A stretch of DNA of 64,000 nt from Treponemataceae bacterium (GTDB lineage: Bacteria > Spirochaetota > Spirochaetia > Treponematales > Rectinemataceae). Positions 39,376 through 48,778 of the stretch are shown piece after piece (positions within the stretch are counted from its first letter, which is position 1; every line of letters begins with the position of its first letter). The translations under genes were made by a program, and so were the position numbers. The notes under the pieces were generated by a model. It searched no databases. It had not been told where the DNA came from and was given only the letters and a program-made list of their open reading frames with translations. The stretch lies in NCBI GenBank assembly GCA_963667725.2, contig CAXXHO010000003.1, forward strand, positions 2,297,766-2,361,765, written 5' to 3'.

Positions 39376-40101
39376 TCACAGGAATCCGCCTAGCAGCCTT
39401 TCCATGTTGAGCCTGAGTTCGTCGAAGCGCGCGGGATCGGCCAGGGCGGCGTCGGGGTCTTCGCATCCCGGGCCGCGCGGAAGGGCGTCGCGCTCCTCGC
39501 CGAAAGCCCAGGCCATGTGTTCGTATGTGAATTCGAGATGGAACTGGATCGCCAGAACCTTCTCGCCGTAGGAGAAGGCCTGGTTGGGCCAGTTGGCGCT
39601 CTCGGCGAGCCGCGTCGCGCCCGCCGGGAGATCCCAGGCGTCGCTATGCCATTCGAGGGCGAGGAAGTCGCCTGAGGGTTTGGCGGGTAAAACGGAGGGC
39701 GGCGGCGCGCCGAGAAGCGCCGCTATCGCGGGATGCGCCGCGCCCTCCGGCGTCGGACTGATGCGCTGGAAGCCGAATTCGGGCGCTGGGCTGCGATAGA
39801 CGCGGGCGCCGAGAAGCCTCGCGAGGAGCTGGGAACCGAGGCAGATGCCCAGGACTTGTACCCCCGCCTTCATGCATTTTTCGATATAGCGCAGTTCGTC
39901 CGCGATCCAGGGATGGCGGGCGTCGTCGTAGGCGCTCATGTAGCCGCCGTAGACGATGACGGCCCCGAAGACGGCGGGATCGGGACAAGGTTGCCCCGCG
40001 TAGATGCGCAGATCCTCCACGCTGTCGCCCCGGCGCGCGAAGTAGGGGGCGTTGTCATATGGAAAACGAGCCGGCCAATGCTCTATTTGAAGAATTCTCA
40101 T
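39376..40101 (-). CDS. Class I glutamine amidotransferase-like protein
   Basis: GGYMSAYD, LGICLGSQLLA, WHSD, IQFHLE triad. Confidence 0.9.
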   Translation of the reverse strand: MRILQIEHWPARFPYDNAPYFARRGDSVEDLRIYAGQPCPDPAVFGAVIVYGGYMSAYDDARHPWIADELRYIEKCMKAGVQVLGICLGSQLLARLLGARVYRSPAPEFGFQRISPTPEGAAHPAIAALLGAPPPSVLPAKPSGDFLALEWHSDAWDLPAGATRLAESANWPNQAFSYGEKVLAIQFHLEFTYEHMAWAFGEERDALPRGPGCEDPDAALADPARFDELRLNMERLLGGFL

Positions 40102-40146
40102 CGCTGCGTGTCCTTGCGTTTCCTTGGGTATCGCTTTTATTTCGCT

Positions 40147-41574
40147 TCATCGGCCTTGGACGGCCGGCTTTCTTACGTGCACCCTGCCTCCGAAACGGCA
40201 CCAGGCGACTTTCCCCGAATCATCGCGGATGAATTCTCCCACGGCGCCTTTTTTCGGATCGTCGAGGACCAAAAAGCGGTCGCCCGAACACAGCCGCGCC
40301 CTCATCGGCGGTTCCGGATCGCCAGGAGGGCTGTCCGGCCGGGGAAAGCCTCCCCTCGGCAGGTCCACGACCAGGAACCCGCCCTTTCGCGCCGCGAGAT
40401 CGAAGGCCGAGATGGGCAGATCGTAGCGGCCGACATATTCCTCCAAGGCTGAGGCTTTTGGCCGGGCGACAGGCTCGGGAGACGCGCTCTCGACGCCGAA
40501 CCATAGCTTGGCCGCCCATCCCAGCATGGCGTCGGTGAGCACGGTGCCCGACTGGGAATTCGTGAGAAGAACGATCGCGAAATCCTTCCCGGGCGCGAAA
40601 TGAAGGACGGCCTGCTGGCCATTCGTGGCTCCCCCATGTCCGCAGAATCTGATGCCGCCGATATCCCGTACGTTCCAGGTGAGGGCCATCCACTTGCCGA
40701 AGCCCGCCGGTATTCGGGGCTCGAGCATTTCAGCGACGGATTCGGGCATCAGGACCCTTTTCCCCTCGGGGCTTTCGCCGCCCGCCATCATGATACGCGC
40801 CCAGCGCAGGAGGTCGCCGACGGCGCAGACGCCGCCGCCCACGCAGTTGCCAGCCCTGCCTATGGCCCAGGGCCGCGACACGATCGTTCTGCCGGCCGCT
40901 TTTTCGTGGCCGGAGGCGAAGCGATACGTGATGAGGACATCGTCCGGATAGAATCTGGTGCGGGAGAGTCCCGCTGGCTCAAGAATAAGCTCGGCGAGGG
41001 CCTTCTCGTAAGTCTTTCCCGAAAGAACCTCGACGAGGCGCCCCGCGATATTGAATCCCGCGTTGTTGTAGGACCAGAAAGCCCCGAGCGGCGTTACTTG
41101 GGGCAATTTTCCGATGGAGGCGACCATCTTCGCCAGCGCGTCGTCTCCGTTTCCGAAATCGTCGAAGTAGTCGCCCACCCAGCCGCCCGTATGGGTTACG
41201 AGGTGGCGGGGAGTGAGGCGGGCGGTCACCTCGGGATCAGCCATGGAAAAGCCGGGCAGCATGGAAACGACCGGCGCGTCCATGTTAATTTTGCCGAGTT
41301 CGGCGAGGCGGAGAAGGGCCGCCGTGGTCATTGTCTTCGTTATTGAACCGATCTGGAAATAGGTGTCGGGGTGTACGGGAAGAGGATTTTCGATGCTCGT
41401 GCGGCCGAAGCAGGCCGTCATTTCCCTGCCCGCGCTCCAGACGCCGAGAGAGGCGCCCGGTACGCCCAGACGCCTCATGCCCGCCTTTACGCGCGCGGCG
41501 AGCGCGGCAAAACGCGGCTCGACGCCGTCAGTCGACGATATGGATCCAGCCCTCGGGAGCTTCCACGTCGCCAT
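40147..41574 (-). CDS. Serine hydrolase, beta-lactamase class C/PBP family (start uncertain: 41574 or 41478)
   Basis: FQIGSITK (SxxK), [16 protein letters not shown]. Confidence 0.88.
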   Translation of the reverse strand: MATWKLPRAGSISSTDGVEPRFAALAARVKAGMRRLGVPGASLGVWSAGREMTACFGRTSIENPLPVHPDTYFQIGSITKTMTTAALLRLAELGKINMDAPVVSMLPGFSMADPEVTARLTPRHLVTHTGGWVGDYFDDFGNGDDALAKMVASIGKLPQVTPLGAFWSYNNAGFNIAGRLVEVLSGKTYEKALAELILEPAGLSRTRFYPDDVLITYRFASGHEKAAGRTIVSRPWAIGRAGNCVGGGVCAVGDLLRWARIMMAGGESPEGKRVLMPESVAEMLEPRIPAGFGKWMALTWNVRDIGGIRFCGHGGATNGQQAVLHFAPGKDFAIVLLTNSQSGTVLTDAMLGWAAKLWFGVESASPEPVARPKASALEEYVGRYDLPISAFDLAARKGGFLVVDLPRGGFPRPDSPPGDPEPPMRARLCSGDRFLVLDDPKKGAVGEFIRDDSGKVAWCRFGGRVHVRKPAVQGR

Positions 41575-42550
41575 ACTGGATGCCGACGAGGGTGTCGTAG
41601 AGCTTCTTGGTAACCGGTCCCACTTCCTTTTCGGAATGGAAGACATGGAGCTTGCCCTTGTGGAAAATGCCGCCGATGGGCGTGATGACGGCCGCCGTGC
41701 CACAGGCGCCGGCTTCGGCGAATTCATCCAGATTGTCGATGTAGACATCGCGTTCTTCCGTCTTCATGCCGAAATAGGTCTTGGCCACTTCGAGGAGGGA
41801 ATACTTCGTTATGCTGGGCAGAATCGAGGGCGAAAGCGGCGTGACGAAGGCACCCGCCTTGGTGATGGCGAAGAAGTTCGCCGCGCCCACTTCCTCGATC
41901 TTGGTGTGGGTGGCCGGGTCGAGATAGATGCAGTCGGCATAGCCGAGCTTGGCCGCTTCCTCGTGAGGCATGAGGCTGCCGGCGTAGTTGCCGCCTACCT
42001 TGGCCGCGCCTGTGCCCCTGGGCGCCGCGCGGTCCCAGGTTGAGACCATGAAGTTGACGGGATTCATGCCGCCCTTGAAATAGGGTCCCACCGGCATGCA
42101 GAAGACGCCGAATATGAACTCGGGAGCGGGATGCACGCCGATGTTGTCGCCCACGCCGATGACGAAGGGACGCAGGTAGAGCGTGGCTCCGGTGCCGTAG
42201 GGCGGCACGTATTTCCAGTTCGCCTTGACCACCTGATCGCAGGCGTCGATGAACTTTTCGGTGGGAACCTGGGGCATCAGGATTCTGTCGCAGGTAGCCT
42301 GCATGCGCGCCGCGTTTCGGTCCGGGCGGAAGAGCTGCGTCCTTCCATCTTTTCTCGTATAGGCCTTGAGGCCTTCAAAACACTGCTGCCCATAGTGGAG
42401 CGCCGTGGAGCCTTCCGCTATAGTGAGGGTGTTCTCGGTGACGAGCTTGCCCTCATCCCATGCTCCGTTTTTCCAGTGCGATACATAGCGAAAGTCGGTG
42501 TTCATATAGCTGAACGACAGTTTTCCCCAATCGAGCGCCGCTTTTTCCAT
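41528..42550 (-). CDS. ilvE: Branched-chain amino acid aminotransferase
   Basis: [50 protein letters not shown]. Confidence 0.96.
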   Translation of the reverse strand: MEKAALDWGKLSFSYMNTDFRYVSHWKNGAWDEGKLVTENTLTIAEGSTALHYGQQCFEGLKAYTRKDGRTQLFRPDRNAARMQATCDRILMPQVPTEKFIDACDQVVKANWKYVPPYGTGATLYLRPFVIGVGDNIGVHPAPEFIFGVFCMPVGPYFKGGMNPVNFMVSTWDRAAPRGTGAAKVGGNYAGSLMPHEEAAKLGYADCIYLDPATHTKIEEVGAANFFAITKAGAFVTPLSPSILPSITKYSLLEVAKTYFGMKTEERDVYIDNLDEFAEAGACGTAAVITPIGGIFHKGKLHVFHSEKEVGPVTKKLYDTLVGIQYGDVEAPEGWIHIVD

Positions 42551-42629
42551 TGGATACACTCCCTTTTCTCTTCCATATTTCGCAGGAGTCCTGCGCGCGG
42601 ACAGCGCGTATCTTCCTTCGTTTGCAAAG

Positions 42630-42668
42630 TGATTGAATACTTATACAATCAGCAAAAAACTGAGTCAA
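42630..42668 (-). promoter_or_regulatory. ilvE promoter overlapped by a palindromic operator
   Basis: Minus TTGACT(42668)-17-TATAAG(42645); palindrome TGATTG-aatacttata-CAATCA at 42630-42651. Confidence 0.65.
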
Positions 42669-42769
42669 CACGCCAGCGGAGAATCGCCGGAAAAGCGCCT
42701 GGAAGTGCTTGATCTTATCCCCAAGCTCGAGAACAATAGAACAGCGCCTATAGTCGCGAGGTGAAAAGC

Positions 42770-43228
42770 ATGGGATCGCGTAGAATAGCCATCATCAATG
42801 GCCCCAACCTGAATATGCTCGGCAGAAGGGAAGTCGGCATTTATGGTGAAAAGAACCTGGACCAGATATGTGACGAAATCAGGCATGAAGGCGAAAAATA
42901 CGATATCAGCCTCGATTTTTTTCAGTCGAATGTTGAAGGTTTTATAGTCGATTACATTCATTCCTGCGTTGGAAAGGTCAGGGGAATCGTCATCAACGCG
43001 GGTGCCTTTACCCACTATTCCATAGCGCTGCGCGATGCCATCAGCGCCGTAAGGCTGCCAGTCGTCGAAGTGCATATTTCCAACATCTACAAGCGCGAGG
43101 CCTTTCGCCATGTCTCTTTCATAGCGCCGGTATGCCTTGGCCAAATATGCGGCTTCGGATCCTACAGCTATATCCTCGGGCTCCGCGCCCTCATGGAAAC
43201 ACTCGATGAAGCGGATCGGGAATGCTGA
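42770..43228 (+). CDS. aroQ: Type II 3-dehydroquinate dehydratase (canonical)
   Basis: NGPNLNMLGRRE..IYG, QSNVEG, INAGAFTHYSIALRDA, EVHISN..KREAFRH. Confidence 0.96.
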   Translation: MGSRRIAIINGPNLNMLGRREVGIYGEKNLDQICDEIRHEGEKYDISLDFFQSNVEGFIVDYIHSCVGKVRGIVINAGAFTHYSIALRDAISAVRLPVVEVHISNIYKREAFRHVSFIAPVCLGQICGFGSYSYILGLRALMETLDEADREC

Positions 43229-43262
43229 AGACCGCGGCGCATCGCGACAGGAGACGCCTTTG

Positions 43263-43694
43263 ATGAAAAAAATTCTGGTGATTTCAGGACCGAATCTCAA
43301 CTTTCCGGATACGGGGGAAACATCGACATACAAGGAAAGCTCGCTTGAGGAGATCCATGTCAGACTGAAGAAGAAAGCCGCCGAGCTTGGAATGGAGGTC
43401 GACTGCGAGCAGTACAACTCAGAGGGCGATATCATCGACCGCATGCAGCAGGTGCCCGGAACCTATGCGGGCGTCGTCCTGAACGCGGGAGCCCTCGCCC
43501 ATTACAGCTACTCGCTGAGAGACGCCATCGGAACCATGCGCGTTCCCTGCGTGGAGGTATTCATGTCCAACGTACACGCCGGGGAAGAATTCAGGCATAA
43601 ATCGGTAGTCGCCGAGGTCTGCGTGGGCACAATTTCGGGTTTCGGCGCGCACAGCTATGTGCTGGCGCTGGAAGCCCTCGCGAATCTCACCTAG
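43263..43694 (+). CDS. Type II dehydroquinase paralog with degenerate active site
   Basis: SGPNLNF, LNAGALAHYSYSLRDA, EVFMSNVHAGEEFRH; RBS AGGAG; start ATG 43263. Confidence 0.88.
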   Translation: MKKILVISGPNLNFPDTGETSTYKESSLEEIHVRLKKKAAELGMEVDCEQYNSEGDIIDRMQQVPGTYAGVVLNAGALAHYSYSLRDAIGTMRVPCVEVFMSNVHAGEEFRHKSVVAEVCVGTISGFGAHSYVLALEALANLT

Positions 43695-43723
43695 GCGATG
43701 CAGGGACGCGCGGAACGCATAGT

Positions 43724-44677
43724 TTAAAAGATTCCGCCCACAAACCCCATATAGATAGGAATCGTTATCATGCTCAAAACCGTCGTAAGCGAGGTGCCAA
43801 TCCCGGCGTATTCAGCGTCGGCGCCGTAGGCTTCGGCCAGGATGGGCGTCTGCGTCATGGCGGGCATGGCCGAGGTGATCAGGAATACCTGCTTCATGAG
43901 AAGAGGCAGATCGCGCCCGCGCATCAGCAGGAATATCAGAAAGGGCGTCACAAGAAAGCGCCCCGCGAGCACGAAGGCGATATCCAGCCCGAACCTCATC
44001 TTTTTCAGCTCGATCCGGGAGATGACGATGCCGACGAAAAGCATCGACAGAGGTGTCGTCATATTGCCGAGATACTTGCAGAGATCCATGATCGATTTCG
44101 GCAAAGAAATCCCCGTCATTATCATAAAAATCGCGGCGATGAAGCCCAGGAGCGGGGGCGAGAGAATCCGCTTAAGTCCGGCGGCGGAAACGGGCGAGGG
44201 CTTGGCCCTTCCCGATCGTATGGCGCCGTCGCTGGCGATTAAGTAGGTGCCTAGGGTCCAGAACACCGTGGTATTCGCTATGTAATAGAGGAGAGCGAAA
44301 GGAAGGCTTTCGTCGCCGAAGAGAAGCAAGTTGACAGGCAGGCCGATGAACACCGCATTCGCGAGGGAGAACATGGAGGCGAAAGTGCCTCTCCGCCCTT
44401 TCGGCACCTTGAGGACGACAGCCAGACCGGACGCTACGAGAAAACTTCCCAGCATCGCCAGGAAAGGGATGGGAAGGCCGGGAAGCATGGAAATCAGTTT
44501 CGCCTTGTCGTAGCTGGTCATGAGATTCGAGATCATGTAGGCCGGCAGCGCCACCGACACGACGAGTCGCGAGATGAGGGCGCTGGAATTGCCTTCGAAC
44601 CATTTCCTTTTCGCCAGAAAAAAGCCCAGGGCTATCATGGCAATGACGGAAAAGACACTCTGGAGGGCGTTTAGCAT
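43724..44677 (-). CDS. AEC (auxin efflux carrier / malate permease) family transporter
   Basis: About 10 TM; ALPA, N..FIGLPV..LFG, SPPL, TTPLSM..G, SAMP. Confidence 0.9.
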   Translation of the reverse strand: MLNALQSVFSVIAMIALGFFLAKRKWFEGNSSALISRLVVSVALPAYMISNLMTSYDKAKLISMLPGLPIPFLAMLGSFLVASGLAVVLKVPKGRRGTFASMFSLANAVFIGLPVNLLLFGDESLPFALLYYIANTTVFWTLGTYLIASDGAIRSGRAKPSPVSAAGLKRILSPPLLGFIAAIFMIMTGISLPKSIMDLCKYLGNMTTPLSMLFVGIVISRIELKKMRFGLDIAFVLAGRFLVTPFLIFLLMRGRDLPLLMKQVFLITSAMPAMTQTPILAEAYGADAEYAGIGTSLTTVLSMITIPIYMGFVGGIF

Positions 44678-44720
44678 GACTCCATCCTAGCGAGTACGGG
44701 GGCTTCGGCACAATACGGGT

Positions 44721-45854
44721 TCAATAGGCCGAGCCAACGATTCCCGGCACGATTTTTCGCCACGCTTCCATGAAGCGCAGAAAGGTCTCGGCCCTCGCGT
44801 GCAATTGCCGCGCCGGAGGCGTTTCGGCGAGCACGGCATTGTTGAGGAATTCCCTGAACTCGTCGCGGTCGCTGTCGACGAACTGCAGCGCGCCGGAAAT
44901 GCTGGACGAGACTGCCTTGTACTCCAGATCGTCCTGCGTAAAGTACTCCAGGAAAATGCCCAGGGATTTAGGATCGAACCCGAAAAGACGGGCTTTTTCG
45001 CGGATATATTTGAAGCGGAAAATATCCTGACGCTGGCGCGCCCAATACTCCCCCTTTCGTTTCGGCGGCAAATGCAGGAGAAGAAGATCCTGATCGAAGA
45101 AAAACGGAAATCCGCAGTACCGCGCGTTCAGGACATAGTCGTCGTCTTCGCCGCGGGTCCCATAGGGATCGAAGGGTACCTGGGTGAACATTCCCCTGTT
45201 CAGGACCATGTTTCCGCCGAATGCCACACTACATTCCGACAGGCGGTTTTCCGTTTCGAGCGATTTCCTGACAAGCGCGTTGAAAAGCTCATCCTTAGGC
45301 CAATTTTCCAGAACGAAGGATGCCTGGCCATCGTAGAGCTTCCTGCCTTCCTCGTCGACGACGCATCCGGTCTTGCCCAGGACTTCGCGACTGTCGATGC
45401 GTTCTCCCATATAGCGGAGCGCCGACGACCGGTATCCCTCATCGACGCACTCATCGTCGTCTATCATCACGATATTCTCGAATCCATGGAAAGCCGCGTA
45501 CAGCAGTCCCATGTTGCGAACGCCTCCGTAGCTGTTCAGGTCGACGGCCTGCAGCAGTTCTACGGGGAAACCCCGCCGCTCCAGCATCGCGCGGATCGCC
45601 GCGAGGTCGGCTTCGGAAAACACGCGGATATCCAGCGATCGTCCCGCGGCGATCCCTTTCACCCTTGCTTCGATCGCGGCATTGGCCGGCGAAGGGAAGA
45701 GAATGACGGCATCGGGATAGCCAAGCTTCTCCAGATTGTCCAGGGTCCGCTCCAGCGTTCCTTCCTCCTCAATAGGCACAGGGTGGTCGAATACTTTCCA
45801 GGAAGAGATGCCCGGTGTGGACCAATACGTCGGTATGATCATGCAGTCTGCCAT
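44721..45854 (-). CDS. GT-A-fold (GT2-like) protein of unknown specificity
   Basis: IIPTYW, YGGVRNMGL, MIDDDE, FGGNM, RGEDDDY, HLPP; soluble. Confidence 0.7.
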   Translation of the reverse strand: MADCMIIPTYWSTPGISSWKVFDHPVPIEEEGTLERTLDNLEKLGYPDAVILFPSPANAAIEARVKGIAAGRSLDIRVFSEADLAAIRAMLERRGFPVELLQAVDLNSYGGVRNMGLLYAAFHGFENIVMIDDDECVDEGYRSSALRYMGERIDSREVLGKTGCVVDEEGRKLYDGQASFVLENWPKDELFNALVRKSLETENRLSECSVAFGGNMVLNRGMFTQVPFDPYGTRGEDDDYVLNARYCGFPFFFDQDLLLLHLPPKRKGEYWARQRQDIFRFKYIREKARLFGFDPKSLGIFLEYFTQDDLEYKAVSSSISGALQFVDSDRDEFREFLNNAVLAETPPARQLHARAETFLRFMEAWRKIVPGIVGSAY

Positions 45855-45882
45855 TTTCTCTCCCATACATATAAATGACTAT

Positions 45883-46161
45883 GTTAGTTGATTTATGAAC
45901 TAACTAATAGATCGCATCCTTTTTCGCATCTGTCAAGCATGAACGCCTCTCTCCGTCGAAGGAACCACCGTTAACCGATTATCGAGACCATCATATATAG
46001 TATGATTTAATAACTATTTAAACAATATCAAGCAATACAGTGAACTTCGCCCCTCATTCCATGGCCCCCTTCCATGTGGATTGCGCGGAATGTCGATTAT
46101 TTCCTTGACAGCTGGCAGTATTCATGCTAAACAAGGTTATTAGTTGAATATTTCAATTAAT
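45883..46161. promoter_or_regulatory. Divergent control region with two ROK-type operator palindromes and a sigma70 promoter
   Basis: GTTAGTT-N8-AACTAAC (45883-45904); ATTAGTTGAA-tat-TTCAATTAAT (46139-46161); TTGACA(46105)-17-TAAACA. Confidence 0.7.
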
Positions 46162-46187
46162 GAAAACGCGCTCAAGCGAGGAGTCAT

Positions 46188-47300
46188 ATGGCCACGATAA
46201 AGAACGCCACACGGATCATCCGTACGCTATGGCAGTCCCCCAACATAAGCCGCGCCGAGATAGCGAGCCGTCTCGGTTTCGATAAATCGACGGTCACTGT
46301 CGAAGTGAACAGCATGATCGAGCAGGGGCTCATCATTGAACGTTCCGAAGGACAGCCCGGCAAGAACGGCGGCAGGAAGCCCATTCCGCTAACGATCAAC
46401 AAGGACTACGGCTACATCATCGGGATCGCCATACAGAGCGGACATTATTCGGTGGTGGCGGTCAATCTGGCCGGCGACATCCTGGAAATGAAGGAAGAAG
46501 ACGAGTCCATCACGAAAGACAACCTAGCTTTAAGCGTGCAGCTTATATACTGGGAATTCCGCAACAGGCTAAGCAAATATCCGGGACGCCTCCTCGGTGT
46601 CGGGGTGGGAGCCGGAGGCCTTATAGACCCCAAAGACGGGACCATCATTTTCTCCGTGCCCCTGCGGATATCCGAACCCTTCAATGTCGTTGAGGAAATC
46701 TCGCGCAAACTGGATGTCCCCTTCTTTATCGAAAACAACGCCAATTGCTGCGCCTGGGGAGAACTGGCCTTCCATAAAAACACCGAACTCAAGAACATCC
46801 TGTTCGCCCTCGTCGAGTTCAAGCAGGCTGTCGTTCCCCACGCGGAGTACGGCGGCGTCGGTGTGGGGTTCGGAATCGTCATGAACGGAAAAGTCCACTA
46901 TGGCAGCAATTCCTTCGCGGGAGAATTCCGCAGCGTCCTATGCACGGAAGACAACGGCATACAGGTCGCGCTTTCAAAGGAAGACCTGAGCAATATTTTA
47001 AAGGACCCTTCCGTGTTCGAACGTTTCGCATCCGAACTCGCCAGAAACATGGCGATGCTCGTCAACACCCTGGACTTCAGCCGGATTTTCATCGGCGGCG
47101 ATATAGAAACCTGCGGCGTCGACTTCTGCCATATCCTCGAAAAAGCGATCGATAAGAACTGGATGTATCCGGTCAAGCGGCAGATAAAAATACAGTACTC
47201 CTCGCTCGGCTCGCAGGCGGTCGCGTTCGGGGCGGCAGGCATGCTTATACACAACCTTTTTTCCCTGAACAAATTTCCGGTCAGTCGGGAGACCAGCTGA
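46188..47300 (+). CDS. ROK-family transcriptional regulator
   Basis: ISRAEIA..LG..KSTV HTH, GGRKP, IENNAN, GVGFGIV.NG, AGEF, GAAG. Confidence 0.92.
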   Translation: MATIKNATRIIRTLWQSPNISRAEIASRLGFDKSTVTVEVNSMIEQGLIIERSEGQPGKNGGRKPIPLTINKDYGYIIGIAIQSGHYSVVAVNLAGDILEMKEEDESITKDNLALSVQLIYWEFRNRLSKYPGRLLGVGVGAGGLIDPKDGTIIFSVPLRISEPFNVVEEISRKLDVPFFIENNANCCAWGELAFHKNTELKNILFALVEFKQAVVPHAEYGGVGVGFGIVMNGKVHYGSNSFAGEFRSVLCTEDNGIQVALSKEDLSNILKDPSVFERFASELARNMAMLVNTLDFSRIFIGGDIETCGVDFCHILEKAIDKNWMYPVKRQIKIQYSSLGSQAVAFGAAGMLIHNLFSLNKFPVSRETS

Positions 47301-47367
47301 ATTGTTCCCGTTCATTGGGATCCTACATATTCCCTTAGGGAATATATCTCGAGATGGAGGCCTTGGA

Positions 47368-48675
47368 ATGCGAAAAGCGATGTGTTTCGCTGTCTTGTTT
47401 TCGGTCATCTTCTCTATGGGCGCCTTCGCCCAGAAGACGAATCTTTTCGTTCTCAACTACATCGACGCCACGGCGCCGGGCTATGCTGAGGATCAGGCGA
47501 TCTGGCAGAAGTTCATGGATGACAACCCCGACATCACGATGGTGAAAGAAGAGCTGTCCAACGAGCCCTTCCACCAGAAACTGGCCGCCTATGTCGCCGC
47601 GGGCACCGTCCCCGATGTCATGTACATGTATCCGTCCGGAAGATCCACCATTCTCCACGAACAGAAGCTGGTGAAGGATCTGGCGCCGCTTCTCGGAAAG
47701 GAGTACCTCTCCAGTTTCATGGCTTCAGTCGTGGATCCCTCCGGCCAAAAGGGCAAATACCTGGCTGAGCTGCCGCAGAGTGTCTGCTATTCCACGGTGA
47801 TGTACACCAACACCAAGCTCCTCGCCGACCTGGGTTTGAAGGTTCCCACGACCTATCAGGAAATGAAGGCCATGCTGCCCAAGCTCAAGGCCAAGGGGAT
47901 CCGCCCCCTGCTCATGGCCAACAAGGACGACTGGGTCATGCAGTCCTGCCTCTACTCCACCATCGTAGGCCGCATGGTCGGGGACGAATGGATCGATAAG
48001 GCGCTGGCCGGAAAAGCCAAGTTCACCGATAAAGAATTCGTCAAATCCCTGGAATTCGTCGAAACGATGTACAAGGACGGCGTACTCGGCCGCGACACCA
48101 TCCAGATTTCCTATGGAGAAGCTCCGGCATTGTTCGCCGCGGGAAAAGCCGCGTTCTTCATCGACGGCGATTGGCGCCAGAACGCCTTCATCACCGACAA
48201 GGCTTCAGGCATCGCTCTCATCGATCCCAAAAAGCAGGAATCCGATTTCGAATATTTCAACTTCCCCGCCATCCCCGGTGAGAAAAATCCCGGCGTCGTC
48301 TCCGCCATTCTCGGCTGCGGCTACGGAATTTCCTCGGCCATCCCCGCCGGCTCCGCGAAGGAAAAAGCGGCCGTCAGGCTTCTCAAGTATCTATATTCGC
48401 AGGACGTTCAGCGCCAGTATCTCGAACTGGGCAAGTACATCACCTCCCGCAAGGACGTAAAGAGCGACAAGCTCGAGCCCTTCACCACGAAAATGTCGCA
48501 GTACTATGCCTCCATCGGGAAGACCAGCTACGTGCTCGACGGTGCCATGGACACGAGCATCTACACCCCGCTCAACCTAGGACTCCAGCAGATCGGCCTC
48601 GGCACAAAAACGCCCATGCAGGTCGCGGAGAGCGTTCAGGCCGCCACGGACGCCTGGCTCGCCTCGCGCAAATAA
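47368..48675 (+). CDS. Carbohydrate ABC transporter substrate-binding protein
   Basis: SPI signal (..GAFA/Q), PDV, PTTYQE, FAAGKAAF.IDGDW, FPAIPG; RBS GGAGG. Confidence 0.9.
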   Translation: MRKAMCFAVLFSVIFSMGAFAQKTNLFVLNYIDATAPGYAEDQAIWQKFMDDNPDITMVKEELSNEPFHQKLAAYVAAGTVPDVMYMYPSGRSTILHEQKLVKDLAPLLGKEYLSSFMASVVDPSGQKGKYLAELPQSVCYSTVMYTNTKLLADLGLKVPTTYQEMKAMLPKLKAKGIRPLLMANKDDWVMQSCLYSTIVGRMVGDEWIDKALAGKAKFTDKEFVKSLEFVETMYKDGVLGRDTIQISYGEAPALFAAGKAAFFIDGDWRQNAFITDKASGIALIDPKKQESDFEYFNFPAIPGEKNPGVVSAILGCGYGISSAIPAGSAKEKAAVRLLKYLYSQDVQRQYLELGKYITSRKDVKSDKLEPFTTKMSQYYASIGKTSYVLDGAMDTSIYTPLNLGLQQIGLGTKTPMQVAESVQAATDAWLASRK

Positions 48676-48681
48676 GGCTTT

Positions 48682-48704
48682 GGGACCATCGTCGCGATGG
48701 TCCC
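48682..48704 (+). other. Perfect stem-loop without U-tract after the SBP gene (probable mRNA-stabilising hairpin)
   Basis: GGGACCATCG-tcg-CGATGGTCCC. Confidence 0.6.
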
Positions 48705-48778
48705 TATTTGCCGGCGGGTTTCGGACCCCGCAATCATATAGAACATTCTGTTTCAGGCTCAAATCCAGGGGGCAGTCA

